DNA from: Macrostomum lignano
Taxonomy: Eukaryota
Assembly (NCBI GenBank): GCA_002269645.1
Contig: NIVC01003161.1
Location: 1 to 64,000, forward strand
Length of the DNA stretch: 64,000 nt
Direction: 5' to 3'
In this document: in pieces, positions 1 to 13,614 of the stretch
Layout: the number at the start of each line of letters is the position of its first letter
Numbering within the stretch: the first letter of the stretch is position 1
Made by a program: the position numbers and the translations under genes
The notes under the pieces: model-generated
The model's input: the letters and a program-made list of their open reading frames with translations, nothing else
What the model was told of the DNA's origin: nothing
Databases searched by the model: none

Positions 1-15
1 TGCCTAAGGCAAAGG

Positions 16-188
16 CAGTGGCGCAACCAGGTGGGGGGCGGGGGTCGCCACCTCTATAGGCGCGGAGACCCAAAAAATCAAAGAATCAGAGGGGGACCAA
101 GCGAATTTTCGCAAAACAGAGCCACCCCTCTCCCGGGACTTTACCCTCCAAAATCCGCCCCCTCATAAAATTTCTGGTTGCACTACTG
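16..188. mobile_element. Small MITE-like element with ~15-bp imperfect TIRs
   Basis: Left end CAGTGGCGCAACCAG (16-30); right end CTGGTTGCACTACTG (174-188), whose reverse complement matches 13/15. No TSD visible. Confidence 0.5.
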
Positions 189-639
189 AAAATTTATAAT
201 AAATTTATAATTATATTATATTTATATAAAATTTAATATTTAATTTTTAATTTTATTTTAATTTAATTTATATATTAATATATATAATATTTATATATAT
301 ATATATTAATAATTAAAAAGATATTTAATTTATCTGCACTTTCTTTGAAAATTAAATCTCATAAGAATAAAATATAAGCATAAAAGTCATGCTTAAATGT
401 CTTTTGCTGAGCAAAACTGTCACTCTATAATGATGGTATTAAATATTTACGCGTAGATGAACTTTGTTTTAGTTTTTAGTTACTCTTAAGACTAGAAAAA
501 AATTACCTGGGACTATATGAAGTATAACTTGTTTTCAACTAATTGTTTTACTTAAATGAATAAAAAATATATACACTGTAAAAGTTAGCTCATAACAGCA
601 ACAACTTAACAACAAATTATGCAGCTAGCAATCAAAGTC

Positions 640-1095
640 ACAGAGCAGGGTGCTTCAGATGGCGCGCCGCAGAGCCTGAGAGCGGACGAAGTCCGCCCCG
701 TTGGCAGTGTCGGGCGCCCTGGCGTCGCGTACGTAGGAGGCAGTCCACGTATCGACGGGTTTGGGCCTGACCCCGCCTGAGCAGGCCCTGCAGAGTGAGC
801 AACAGGACGTCCTGAACAGGTTTTGGCGTGTTGACAACCAGTCCGACGCTCAATGCCACCTTGACCAACCTGTCGATCTGGCGGGATGCCACCTTGAACG
901 GACGAGGACAGGAGGGCGAGTTCGTCGGCGTAGCCAAGCAAATAATAATAAGGCGCTTTTCGCCGTGGCGGCGACCGATGCGTCTGCGCAGCGCAGTAAG
1001 CCGTCGTTAGTCGAGGAGACTGCGGTCCGAAGCACCCAGTGGCAGCAGCACGAAGAGAAACGGCGCCAAAGTGTCGCCATGCAGAACTCCTGATG
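640..1095 (-). mobile_element. Degenerate non-LTR (RTE-like) reverse transcriptase fragment
   Basis: Frameshifted translation gives GVLHGDTLAPFLFVLL..WVLRTA, LGYADELALLSSSVQG and RQIDRLVKVALSVGLVVNTPK, matching the QGD and YADD motif regions of LINE RT. Confidence 0.8.
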
Positions 1096-1699
1096 AAGTG
1101 TCGAACTGATGATGATTTACATGTATGTAATCGCCCTACTAGTGAACCGTCTTCTCATGGGGGAAGGATCAGATCGTATGACTATGGATGGCTGCCAGCC
1201 GTCTATGACCAGACTATGACCGACAGATCGCCCTTCAGGTTGTCCCGCCCATGCATATTGATAACAATTTTTGGTAGTGCTATATTAGAGACGCGGTAAG
1301 GACCCAAATGTGCCCCATCGATAGCTAAGGTGCAAATATTGATCATCGGGTTATTGCATGACCCACTGGCTGCCACCACTCTGTGACCTGGCGAACCTGG
1401 ATCTACGGTATGACCAGACCTGGCGAGGCCGGAGCCCCGCCTGGGATGGGTATCAAGGGTTGGAGCTAGCGGCGAGCAGCATGCAGCCGAATAGCTATAA
1501 TAGGAATCTGCTTGGGCACAAATCGGGAACTCCGGGATCATACAGACGGATTTTTATCAGGGGATCCTTTTAAGGCTGTGATGACATACGGTTCAGATTG
1601 CAAAAAGTACATGTAGTGTATAGAGAAAACGTAGAACAGCTATACATGTACATCTAGTTTGGATTGATCAATGGGTTCGGGCCTGGCTCCTCATATGAA

Positions 1700-1990
1700 A
1701 GGTTTTCCTCTCCACATGGAGCACCAGACCGCTGATGTGATGAACCACTGCTGGCAGCGTGCGTCTGCGTCGTGGCATGTCAGGTCCGCTGATACGTCAG
1801 CAGACACAGTCAGCATCTCGGTCTTCAATATGCTGACAACGCTTGAACCCACCTCTTTCTGTGCTTTCAACAGACGAGAAAAAGAGGCTGAGGTCGCCAG
1901 CGTTGCCAAACAAGCTTAGGTGTTTTTTGCCGCTGTGGCGAATGATGCGTCTCCACAACAGATAAAAAAGCAGGAAGAAATCTCTCCATT
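1700..1990 (-). mobile_element. Second, more decayed RTE-like RT fragment
   Basis: RRIIRHSGKKHLSLFGNAGDLSLFFSSVES (decayed YADD region) and ILKTEMLTVSADVSADLTC parallel the fragment at 640-1095. Confidence 0.6.
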
Positions 1991-2447
1991 TCAGCATTCG
2001 AGGTGTGCCACGAAGCTCACAGATGTTCAATTGAAAAGATATTTTTGGTGTAAAGTCTACTCAGATGTTATATTGCAAAATGCTTTTAGTTTAATTTTAA
2101 AAAGATTTTCCTCGCTGTAGTATGCATTTGATTTTTTGTTTATTTATTTTCGTGGAACTGAACGTGGAACTGAAAATCCGGTCATATACACGTAGCACAT
2201 GTAAAATTATTACTGAACGTAATTTTTTAAATCATCAACTGCAAGACTGAATGGGTCGAAAAACGACAATCGTTATTTACCAGAAAGTGTAAATGAATCC
2301 ATGGTTCTATCTGCTATTTCCGTTTCAAATTGTATGTAAAATATAACTTAAGTTGTACCTGAAACTCAACGCATATCTTTCGCATTGTGGATTTTGCATA
2401 AGGAGTAAAAAGTGCTTGAAAATACTCTTGAGAATGATAATTGTTCA

Positions 2448-2565
2448 AAACCCCGAAAACCCGGTGGCCAAACCCGACCCGAACCGCGAACCCGGTACCC
2501 CTACCCGAACCCGAACCCGTACCAAAACCCGACCCGAAACCCGACCCGACCCCGAACCCCGAACA
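2448..2565. repeat. Cluster of ACCCGA/CCCGAA motifs, possibly a DNA-transposon subterminal region
   Basis: About ten irregularly spaced acccga(a/c) motifs; no TIR pair identified. Confidence 0.4.
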
Positions 2566-4229
2566 CCCCTATTCTTGGAGTAAGATTTGCTAATCCTGTT
2601 TCTAGTTTCTATAGGATCCCCTTGGCCAGCCCTCGAGCGGACCCATAGCTTTACTAGCCACATTGAGAATCGATATAAGGGAGAGAACTGTGAGAGGCAC
2701 AGCTCAATGGGCTTATGCTTCCCGGCTCTAACCCTGTGAATTGCAGACAGGAAACTGCAACAAGGAGAGGCGGTTACTGCAGCACAGGCAGGAGTGGCGG
2801 CAGGTGTGGCGGCTCTGTAAAATGCTTGAACAGCTAGCGAATTCCTATAACTATAAATGGGAGAAAGGAAAAATTATAGAAATTCCTAAGCGAGAAAAAA
2901 ATTAAAAACTGCCGACGCCGAATGAGCTGTGGAGCTGTGAGCGAGACAGTGACAGACTGAGCTGCCAAGTTGGAAACCCAATCCATTGTAAAAGCAGATT
3001 TTCTCTGTTGAGGGAAAAATGCAAAAAAAGGTTGTATCCAAAGTTTCATTTTGCACTTGGCGCTGTCCACTTTTCGCGTCTCAGTCGACAGCAGACACTT
3101 CAGAGTAACTAACGGAATTTTACATACACTTTAATACACAGCGACTTGTCAAAAACACAAGACAAGAGGAAGTATATTTTCACACAGAAGCATCCAACTT
3201 AGTGCATGTCTATGGACGAAACCCCCGAAGAAGCGTTTATAATTTGTCAAATTTTGCTTGTCACTTTTGTCACTTGTCGATTTGTCAAGTTGGAAATTTT
3301 GTCCGACATATGCTTTATGAAATAGGCCCCAGGCATGTACACTCTGTGCCTTGGCAGGTTGGCCCCTCATGGAGTCTAATTAATGTACATAAAACATCTA
3401 TAGAATTACACCGTAGATCACAAGGTCAGTCATCATGTAAATTCCAATTTAATAATAAGATTAATTATAGTTCAGGCCCGGGGTTCTGATAATTGGATAC
3501 TAAAAAATTATTTATGAGCCTACACAAATCGATAGGTAATTGATCATGCTGGCATGACTATCTATGGATAGGGTAAGGTAGTCAATAAAAAGCTTGCTAA
3601 TTGAATTTGGGCTCTACCCCTATCCCCAATATGATATTTCAGTATCATCACCTCTCTTAGAGAGAATTTCAGAATATCGTCATTAATTGCAGTTCCACAC
3701 ACACAGGAAACCCAGAAATTTAATGCTGCATCCCACAGTCTGGGACTCAGCCCACACTCTCTGGATTTTGAGCACTTTTTATACGAGTTCGAATACGCTT
3801 GGGAAAAATTTCCTCCTCAATTTTTTTAAGTAAAAAACTTTCTGCTATTAAACTTTTTGCTGGGCTATTGCGCACGCGAATCGAGGGTACAGGGAGTGAG
3901 CTAGCGATTTAAAATCCGGGGTCGCTGCACACCCTGTATAAGTAAACTGCTTCGAAAGAGAAATTCACATGTAGCCAGTATAAAGTTTTGTACAGACAAT
4001 GAGTCGTATTTAAAAAGTTTTTAAAGATTAAAATGCTTCAGTCTTTCAGAAGAAAGGCATTTTTCAAGTCGGCTCTTTAATCCCTTAAAGTCTGTTTTCT
4101 AGCCTAAGATCCCAGTATCAGCATCCCCTTTAAGCCTTGGCATTGCAGGATTTCACATTGATTGATGGCACCTTAGCAACTCCCCTTTAGTCATGACCGA
4201 AGCCTAACTCTCTCTCTCTCTCTCTGATG

Positions 4230-4505
4230 CTTGGTCTCTCAGCAATTCCCCCAGTAAGCCTTGGCATCTCCGCAAACCCCCCCGTGAGCCTAGACATCTC
4301 AGCAAACTCCCCCCCCGTGAGCCTTGGCATCTCAGCAAACTCCCCCCGTGAGCCTAGACATCTCAGCAAACTCCCCCCCCGTGAGCCTTGGCATCTCAGC
4401 AAACTCCCCCCGTGAGCCTTGGCATCTCAGCAAACCCCCCCGTGAGCCTAGGAATCTCAGCAACTCCCCCGTGAACCTTGACATCTCAGCAACTTCCCCC
4501 GTTAG
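4230..4505. repeat. ~31-33-bp minisatellite
   Basis: Unit gagccttggcatctcagcaaactc(c)ncgt repeated about 8 times. Confidence 0.9.
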
Positions 4506-4599
4506 CCTTGTTCGTTTTCCTTAAGTTTAAGAGTCAAAGTTCAGGGAAGGGGAATAAGTATGTCGGTGAGTAGGGGGCCAGAGTGTGTCTACCGCAACT

Positions 4600-5150
4600 A
4601 TCTACCCTACTACAAGTGTGTCTAGTAAGCAAATATTTACCCTACCACAAGTGTATCTACTACAGCAAATATCTACCCTACTACAAGTGTGTCTACTACA
4701 GCAACTATCTACCCTACTACAAGTGTGTCTACTACAGCAACTATCTACCCTACTACAAGTGTGTCTACTACAGCAACTATCTACCCTACTACAAGTGTGT
4801 CTACTACAGCAACTATCTACCCTACTACAAGTGTATCTACTACAGCAACTATCTACCCTACTACAAGTGTATCTACTACAGCAACTATCTACCCTACTAC
4901 AAGTGTATCTACTACAGCAACTATCTACCCTACTACAAGTGTATCTACTACAGCAACTATCTACCCTACTACAAGTGTATCTACTACAGCAACTATCTAC
5001 CCTACTACAAGTGTATCTACTACAGCAACTATCTACCCTACTACAAGTGTATCTACTACAGCAACTATCTACCCTACTACAAGTGTATCTACTACAGCAA
5101 CTATCTACCCTACTACAAGTGTATCTACTACAGCAACTATCTACCCTACT
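4600..5150. repeat. 36-bp minisatellite
   Basis: Unit acagcaactatctaccctactacaagtgt(a/g)tctact, about 15 copies; explains the periodic 12-aa ORFs. Confidence 0.95.
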
Positions 5151-5837
5151 AAACACCAAAGGCGATCTTAGCAAGCAGCAGTATCTCGAGTACTATCTCA
5201 TCTCCGGTACAGCGCCAGTCTCTCTAGTGTAGCACTTGCAACGCCAAGCAGCTAAGCAAATATTGCAGCATGGCTCCGCTCTTCTCTCGGGGCCCATGCA
5301 GTGCAATATATTCTACTAGAAGAAGCTGCGAGCTCTTATCTCGTCTGGGAACACGAACAGACGCTAGCAGATGGTAAGCCTGACAACCAGCCCTCCGTGT
5401 TGTATGTAGCAAATAATTAATCCCGAAAATCCCAACAGGTCTTAGACTCGCTCTTCTGCTGAGCAAATTTTGTCTCAATCTGAATGAATTTGACTGAAGT
5501 TGACATCGATTGAACAGTTGAAGAATATAGTTTGTCAGCTTTCTGCTTTCGCTTGCTATCATTCCCAGCTCACACTGGCAGCGTGTGTGTGCATATTCTT
5601 TACTTCAATTCCTGGCAAGACGCATAAAAGAAAGGCGTTCCATTTTTTGGATTCTTTCTTTTAGAAGCAGCTGCTTTCAGTCACTCTCTCTCTCTCTCTT
5701 CCTGTCTCTCCTTTTGTCTTGCTGCTTGTTGCATTCCCCAACAGCTAGTGTCACTGTAAACATATTGCTGCAGCTACTCCAGCCCCCCCCCCAGCGACGT
5801 GTGTGGCCCTCATAGTCAGCTGACTCAAATGCACACA

Positions 5838-5948
<111 letters not shown>

Positions 5949-6429
5949 GTGGGAGAATTTTCCTCCCCATTTAAGCGCTGCAAGCCGGGGTGAGAGTGAA
6001 TGGCTGCATTATTATTCCACCCATAGTTTTTCCTACTATCCCCATTCTCCCATTTCTTTACCATTCTTTCCCTCAAGCCATCCCACAGGGCAACTATTGC
6101 TGGATCGAACTGGATATTTGCTTCCCTTCTCCCCCAGTTTCCCTGTCCGGCAACACGTCCCCAATCGTGCAGTTTCCCCAGTTGGCCTGTATTGGCCCAG
6201 TTTGAGTCAGTTTGAGTCCAACCCGTTGAATATTTAAGCAGTGCTGGGGTCTGAAGTTAGCCGGAATGGTTGGGACAGAGCAACAATGAACTGGGGTGCT
6301 GCCTCGGATACTATCATAATAGGGAGGCTGCGATGACATTTTTGAGTCGGTTTTATAGAGCCAAGCTCTTAACTAGCTCTGTTTTGTTTAATAGTAAGAC
6401 AAAATATGCTTATTGTGATCAATGGTCCT

Positions 6430-6752
6430 AGGCTAGATATTGAGGAGAGTAGCATTGATAATGAGGGTTGTATGATAGATAATGAGGAGTGTAGGATAAA
6501 TAATGAGGACTGTAGGATAGATAATGAGGAATATAGGATAGATAATGAAGAGTGTAGGATAGATAATGAGGAGTGTAGGATAGATAATGAGGACTGTAGG
6601 ATAGATAAGGAGGAATATAGGATAGATAAGGAGGAATATAGGATAGATAGTGAGGAATATAGGATAGATAATGAAGATTGTAGGATAGATAATGAGGAAT
6701 ATAGGATAGACAATGAGTACTATATATAGGATAGATGATGAGGAGTGTAGGA
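6430..6752. repeat. 21-bp minisatellite
   Basis: Unit aggatagataatgagga(g/a/c)t(g/a)t. Confidence 0.9.
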
Positions 6753-7471
6753 TTCAGTTTTGTTCATAGAACATAAAACTTTAATAATCGATACTACTTT
6801 GCTAGAAAGCAAACTGATAACTTGAAATAAGGCCACTGTTTCAAGCCTGACATTCTGTTTACCAGACTTAATTAGAGCAGACAATTGAGTAGAAGAAAAT
6901 TTTCATCATTAAATCCAAGCAAAGCTGCTCAGTAAGCCTTGCTCTACTGCAGAGTTTCTCAGCTCTCTGTGGCCTGCAGTGAAAGTGAGACTAAATTATA
7001 ATACTTTTTTCACACTACAGCAATAATTGCAGCTTAGGTCATGGGTTGGGTGTGCCAATTTGCATGACTCAAACAGAGTTTTGAGTGATAGGTGGAATTG
7101 GCGCCGTATTATCAAATTTCTAGCACAGCCAACAACGGCTTAAGCTATAGCTATTCGAGACCAATATTGCTGCTTCCAGAGTTTTTTGTTATTGTTCTAC
7201 CCAGGAGCAGCACAGCTCTGCGCCTTGAGCAGAGCGCGTACTGCACTTTTATATTTCATGCTCCACTCGTGTTCACCCGATCAACATACTCGGACGCTGG
7301 TACGTCTAGCTGTATCGCTCCTCTCGGATACAAATAAGCATTTTCGATTTCTGATGCAAGTGTTTTTTATTCCCCAGCTACATCACGCATCAGTTCTTAA
7401 AAATTGAAGTATCACTTACGATACTTGTACCTAAAGTCACCAAATAGAATATTGAAATAATAGAATAGAAT

Positions 7472-7818
7472 ACAGAGTCACCTATTACATTACAGAGTCA
7501 CCAGTTACATTACATAGTCACCAATTACATTACAGAGTCACCAGTTACATTACAGAGTCACCAGTTACATTACAGAGTCACCAGTTACATTACAGAGTCA
7601 CCAGTTACATTACAGAGTCACCAGTTACATTACATAGTCACCAGTTACATTACAGAGTCACCAATTACAGTACAGAGTCACCAATTACAGTACAGAGTCA
7701 ACAATTATATTACAGAGTCACCAATTACATTACAGAGTCACCAATTACAGTACAGAGTCACCAATTTCATTACAGAGTCACCAGTTACATTACAGAGTCA
7801 CCAATTCCATTACAGAGA
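7472..7818. repeat. 20-bp minisatellite
   Basis: Unit cagagtcacca(g/a)ttacatta, about 17 copies. Confidence 0.95.
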
Positions 7819-8059
7819 TTTTGACACACATGCAAATCAAGACAGACTTAAATACAGTGCTGGGAATCGAAGCAAGGGGACTTGAGTACGAGAGACACTT
7901 CAAAGTAGCCTTATGTTTTAGATTGGAAGCATAATTTATCCACATATTTATTTGATAAAATGCAAAGTTCCTGTCACTGTCGACCAATGGTCCGCATAGG
8001 CCCGTGAAGCCTCTCTATCCGGCCCTCGGGTCCTTTGAAACTTCACACTAGCAATCCGG

Positions 8060-8490
8060 GGTTCGCGTCATTTCATCTTTCTTCTCGGTTCTCTCCTATC
8101 TCCTTTCTCCCCTCTCGTCTATTCTCTTTTCTCTCTCCTCTCTCTCTCTCTCTCACCTCTCCCATACTCTTTAATCTCTCCTCTACTCTCTCCTCTCTCT
8201 CCTCACCCCTCTCTCCTCTCTCCTCGGTCTTCTCATGTCTCCTCTCTCCTCTTTCCTCTCCTCTTATCTCTCCTCTCCTCTTCTCTCTCCTCTTCTCTCT
8301 CTCTCCTCTCCTCTCCTCTCCTTCCTCCTTTCTCCTCTCTCTTCTCATCTCTTTCATCTCCTCTCTTATCTCGTATCCTCTTCTCTCTTATCTCTTCTCT
8401 CATCGCAGCTCTCATCCGCATCGCGCCTTTCACATCACATCTCATCTCTTCTCATATACTGTATCCTCTTCTCTCTCCTCTATTTTCTCT
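8060..8490. repeat. CT-rich low-complexity tract
   Basis: Degenerate (CT)n/(CTCTC)n; the ORFs across it are low-complexity artefacts. Confidence 0.9.
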
Positions 8491-9037
8491 CGTGCGAAAT
8501 CGTCTATGGTGAAAACCCAGTCAGCGCTACGCAGAAAATCAAATCTTCAATTTTATAATTTGGGATTCAGAGTCCAGCTGGGGGAGATAACCGGGATTTC
8601 AGTGCCATCAAAACTGACAGTTTCATATTATAAAATATCCTATAAAACTGGTGTTTAAAATGAATTGCAACAGGACAGTCGTTTATTAATAGGATAGTTT
8701 AACGATTCAATCACCATATATAGCATTCGTCGCTAGTTTATTTAAGTATTTATTTAAAATTATTGATTATCATAAGACTTATTAAGTTAATTAGAGAGAA
8801 TGGAGATAATAAATTTCTAAGGTTTAGATTTGGTCAAAAAAGCAGTTCAAACACAGTGATGACAGCTTTGGATTAGAGGGCCCTGACAGATTGTGGTATA
8901 AATAATGATAATAGCAATAGCAATACATTAGATTCTAACAATGCAGTCAGCTTTTTTCAGATTATAAATATTTATAGTTTCAGTTTGCTCAAATAATATC
9001 CGGACGCAGCCTCATCAAGCCGTCAGTCAGTAGTTGC

Positions 9038-9499
9038 TCAGGCGTGGAAGATCTTCATCTTGGCAGCCATGTTGTTGAACTCGTCGAAGCTGATGGCGCC
9101 GTCTTTGTCGGTGTCAGCCTCGTTCAGCATCTGCTGCAGCTGCTCGTCGGAGAGGCCCTCCTTCAGGATGTCGTTCATGACAGCCCGGAGCTCCTGCAGG
9201 GAGATCACGCCGTCCTTGTTCTGGTCCAGCAGCTGGAAGATCTTCTCCTTCTCGGACTGGGGCCGGTGCCCGCCCTTGGACAGGAAGCTGTTCATCATGT
9301 TGACGAACTCGCCGAATTCCAGGGTGCCGTTCTCGTTCTTGTCGAACTCTTTGATGAGAGCTTCGGCCTCAACTCGGGTGATGGTGTGTCCGGCGGCGCG
9401 GATCAGGTTCACCAGCTCCTTGGCCTCGATGGTGCCATTGCCATTAGCATCGGCGCTGTCGAACACCTTCTTCAGAACTTGTTCGCTCTCGCTGGCCAT
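9038..9499 (-). CDS. Calmodulin-like 4-EF-hand protein, 153 aa, uninterrupted CDS
   Basis: Four canonical EF loops: DANGNGTIEAKE, DKNENGTLEFGE, DQNKDGVISLQE, DTDKDGAISFDE. Too divergent to be true calmodulin. Confidence 0.93.
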   Translation of the reverse strand: MASESEQVLKKVFDSADANGNGTIEAKELVNLIRAAGHTITRVEAEALIKEFDKNENGTLEFGEFVNMMNSFLSKGGHRPQSEKEKIFQLLDQNKDGVISLQELRAVMNDILKEGLSDEQLQQMLNEADTDKDGAISFDEFNNMAAKMKIFHA

Positions 9500-10314
9500 G
9501 GCTTGTTAATTTTCGAGTCTGCAATGGAGCTGGAAGGAAACCGACTGAAGGAATGGTTTGCAGCAGCAGCAAGGGGCTTGGCCTGTGGGGGCAGTTTTAT
9601 TCCCCCCTTCGCTGGATCGTTTGGCGGAGGGGGGAGGGGAGATTTGAGGGGCGCCAGACCTCGCGCTGAAGCTCATTGGCCTAAAGCAGTTGTCAGAGCC
9701 AGAGTTGAGTACTGAGCCAAGGAGATCCAGATTCAGCAATCTGGAGAGGAAGCTCTATTGCCTGGAGCGGATCGTGGGACTCTAAAATTACTAGGGCATG
9801 GTGTGTGCACGAAAAAATGATCCAGCGGTTTGTAGTGCGATTAAAGGAGCTTAAAAAGGGACCTGTTTATGCGCGAAACAGATTCTAACGTGGTCTGACT
9901 ACAGCTATTGGCTACTCAAATCATTGAACTCTCCGCTTTAAGGAAATGACAGAAGCATTTTTGTTGCAGGAACTAACATAGGGGATTAATACTCTGTCAG
10001 ACAGTAAACCCGTGCGAGCTAGAAGTCCTCCACTTCCGTATACTCGTAGCTATGCTTTAGACCAGTCTGCTCCCACAGATTAGCTGCTGTGCTCCGCACA
10101 ACCGTGCCTAAAGCCGAGCGCGAGTCCTGACTGCAGTGAACAAACAGTGGAGTTATAGTTTGCGTGCGAGTCCATGGACTGCTGCTGGATAATATCTGGA
10201 CAGCGAGCTAATGCAAATGCATATAGAGTCGATTAAAGTTATAGGGAGTCTCCAAGTGTCTTTAAAACCTTAGAACGCATTGCAGACATGAAGAATGCAA
10301 AATATGCAAAAATC

Positions 10315-10470
10315 GGGACCCAGAGACTCCCAGGTCTAATCTGGACTCAGAGACACCAAATGTCTAATCGGGACTCGAAGACTCCCAGGTCTAATCGGGA
10401 CTCAGAGACACCAAATGTCCAATCGGGACTCACAGACACCAAAAAGGTCTAATCTGGACTCAATCTCTAA
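10315..10470. repeat. ~28-bp degenerate tandem repeat
   Basis: atcgggactcagagacaccaaatgtcta-like unit, about 5 copies. Confidence 0.8.
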
Positions 10471-11039
10471 TCGGGGCTAAGTTAAATAGTATTTCAGTAT
10501 TTGGGGTTGATTAACATCCTTCCAGTCCAGACACTCGACTGCGGTAGTCTTCGGTTGCAACAGGCGGCGCCAGAAAAAAGCCGAATGCAAAGAGAGAAAA
10601 AAGAAGCAACAAAAACACTGCCCCGGCCTATCTCTGCTTTGGCTCTCGTTCGCTTTAATTTTCCAAAAAAACCTCCTCTCTGTGGTCCTCAGGCCATCTC
10701 CACGTTCGGCCTAGCTATCGATTCATGAATAATTAATAAGCTTTTTCCCCAAGCCTTTTTCCCTTCCTGAGGGCCGAGAAGCAGAGAGGAGCAAGATCAT
10801 ACATCGGCCTAGCAGAGATCAGGGATGCGGTGTCCCGGGAAGAGATATGGGCGCTGAGAGAGCAGCGAAAACCACAAAACCGGCGTGTACAACGAAAATC
10901 ACACTAAAATCACTCAATTAGAAAAATAATTGCAGGAGAAGGGCTGCGGGCTCCCCGGAGACATCGGGCCCACAACCAGCTCTGCACGAGGGAACGCACT
11001 CGTTGAACACGCTCACACAGGCTGTGCAGCGGTCCTGAC

Positions 11040-11240
11040 TGTTAAATCGGTCAGACATGTACACTCTCTAAGCCTTGGGGCTGGGCCCTCATGGGGTGTA
11101 GATCGCACGACAACCCATTGGACAATGTTTAGTGCACAGGCAAGCCTCAAATTAATGTATTGTAGCACCGCGCACAGATTCGAACCCAGGGGTCGTGACG
11201 AGAAAATCAGACGCGTTCATCGATCTGAGCTGCCTCTGCT
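11040..11240 (-). mobile_element. tRNA-derived SINE-like element
   Basis: Minus strand GGCAGCTCAGATCGAT (A-box-like)...GGGTTCGAATC (B box). The body motif catgtacactct..ccttgg..ggcccctcatgg recurs at ~3333-3375. Confidence 0.55.
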
Positions 11241-11574
11241 TCGAGACCTTGGCTAGGCCATAAAAATATAACTGAACCCGTAATAAAATACGAAATCGAT
11301 TGAAAAAAGCTTTCTGCATGAGCCCCCCCCCCTTCCAGGGAGCAGAGAGGAGAAGCAAGGTGATTGTAAAGATTGCTTTTGCAAGGAGCTTGTAAATTTG
11401 CTAGCAATTTTTCCCAGATATTTATGAGCAGAGTGCTTTGAGCTATAAGAAATTCTCAGGTTTTTACCAACTGCACCAAGTTTGATGCTGTCAACTGCCG
11501 CTGTTACAGACTGTATAGAGATTCTGTAGACATACCCGTGGAATTTAGGAGACTTTCAGTTTAGTGGTTGCCAT

Positions 11575-12012
11575 CCCTGTAGACATGCCTGTAGATATCC
11601 CTGCAGATATTTCTGTAGATAGCCCTGTAGATATCCCTGTAGATATCCCTGTAGATATCCCTGTAGACATCATGTAGATATCCCTGCAGATATTTCTGTA
11701 GATAGCCCTGTAGATATCCCTGTAGATATCCCTGTAGATATCCCTGTAGACATCATGTAGATATCCCTGCAGATATTTCTGTAGATAGCCCTGTAGATAT
11801 CCCTGTAGATATCCCTGTAGATATCCCTGCAGATATTTCTGTAGATAGCCCTGTAGATATCCCTGTAGATATCCCTGTAGATATCCCTGTAGACATCATG
11901 TAGATATCTTTGTAGATATCTCTGTAGATATATCTGTAGATATCTCTGTAGATATATCTGTAGATATCTCTGTAGATATATCTGTAGATATCTCTGTAGA
12001 TATATCTGTAGA
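11575..12012. repeat. 12-bp minisatellite
   Basis: Unit gtagatatccct and variants. Confidence 0.95.
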
Positions 12013-12466
12013 TGCTTTTATAGATGACTTTGCAAATGTCGATTTAGATTCTCTATGCTATATTTTTATACAGATTCCAACGAAGCTATTCGTATCCAGA
12101 TGACCTATAGATGCTATCTGGATATCCCAAGCTATAACTGATTCTCATAGATGTCTGCGCTCGCAAATGAGCACAAAAACTCCATCCATGCCTTTCCTAT
12201 GATAATTATAACTACTAAAATAGCTGGTTAAAATTTATTGTTTACATTGACAACATACAATTGGCACTGAGACTATCTGCGAGTGCGCAGCGCTGAGTCT
12301 GCTCAGATTTTATTGATACAGTGAGTATTCTGCCGTGTAGGCACAGACAAAATTCTGAAGCCCAAAGCAAACAAGTAATTCTGTTTTTGTATCAATACAA
12401 ACTCTAGTAACTGAGATTTGCTCCACAAAATTCTACAGAGTTATTTAATTAGTTTGTTTCTTATAG

Positions 12467-12541
<75 letters not shown>

Positions 12542-12572
12542 CTTAGTTAGTCAGTTAGTCAGTCAGTTAGTT
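12467..12572. repeat. (AGTT)n microsatellite
   Basis: Direct reading. Confidence 0.95.
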
Positions 12573-13614
12573 AACGCTGATTGTGGGACGGATGTCACCG
12601 AAGGGAGCTCACAACCCTCCAGCAGCCAGTCCTAGTCGCTACTCCAGATGCCTATAGTTCTAGTTCTCCATGTAACCTTTTGTCTAAAAGCAATCGTTTA
12701 AATTGGATAAGGTTGCTTCACGGCTGCGTCACTCTATTCTAAAAGTGAATTGATGGTTGAGTATAAGGCTGCAGCGCCCAAGAGACAGTGAAAGGGGTTG
12801 AAAATCCAATTTGGCTGATGGATTCCTCATTTCCTTCTGAAATAACTGCATAGACCATATGGAGCTGGCCCCTTTATCGTGTGACAACTCACGCCAGCTA
12901 TAGTCAACCAGCAGTCATTTTCACGGGAGTTTCGCGTTATTATGCGCGAGTTTATCAATCGTTGAAGTTGCACCCGACTGCAGATTTATAGAGTTCACTA
13001 CGAAGCCATCTCAAATCCATAATGAGGCTGCAGCTCAATCAAAGCGACATGACTATCTAATTGGCTAATTATCGAACACCCGGAATGCAGAATTCGACTT
13101 CGTAAAATTAGTTCCTAGAAAGATCTTCCTCTCATTTCTTCTGCGTCCAATCCTATTCCTATTCCTAATCAAATTCAGGTCATGTATGAGTGCCGACTAT
13201 TAAGCCCTCATTAATTTGTACATTATAAATGTACTTAAGGACTCGAGCTTCAGTCGACAGCTTGGCGTTGCCTAAAAGACTTTATTCTTTTGTCCGCCTT
13301 CCCACAACCAGGCCCATCGATCAAGACGTCTTCAAGTCCCATTCCAAATGCGAAGTTTTTGCAATTGTATAAGCTTATATTCTAAACTTCTTACAGCGGC
13401 TTAGCAGGCATGAGGTGCCCATTGGGAATGAAGATTGTCCTGCTAAGCAATGCAGATCCATTAGTCTGAAAAGAGGCGTGGAGAATGCACTGATGCCTGT
13501 ATACATATAAGCGTATGCTCATTGTTGCCAGCAAGACGTACAACTGCTTGTACTCTACCTCAACAACATGTATATCAACTCCAGATCCACTTCTGCTGTT
13601 TATTTTACCTCCAC

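Noticed and set aside
4583-5232. Tyr/Cys-rich or Thr-rich repeat proteins
   Set aside because: All frames are periodic readings of a 36-bp minisatellite, with no evidence favouring one as coding.
5950-6340. Possible decayed LINE C-terminus (ERMVKKW...)
   Set aside because: Similarity is too weak to support without a search.
9044-9715. 223-aa and 149-aa + strand ORFs
   Set aside because: Antisense shadows of the GC-rich calmodulin-like CDS.
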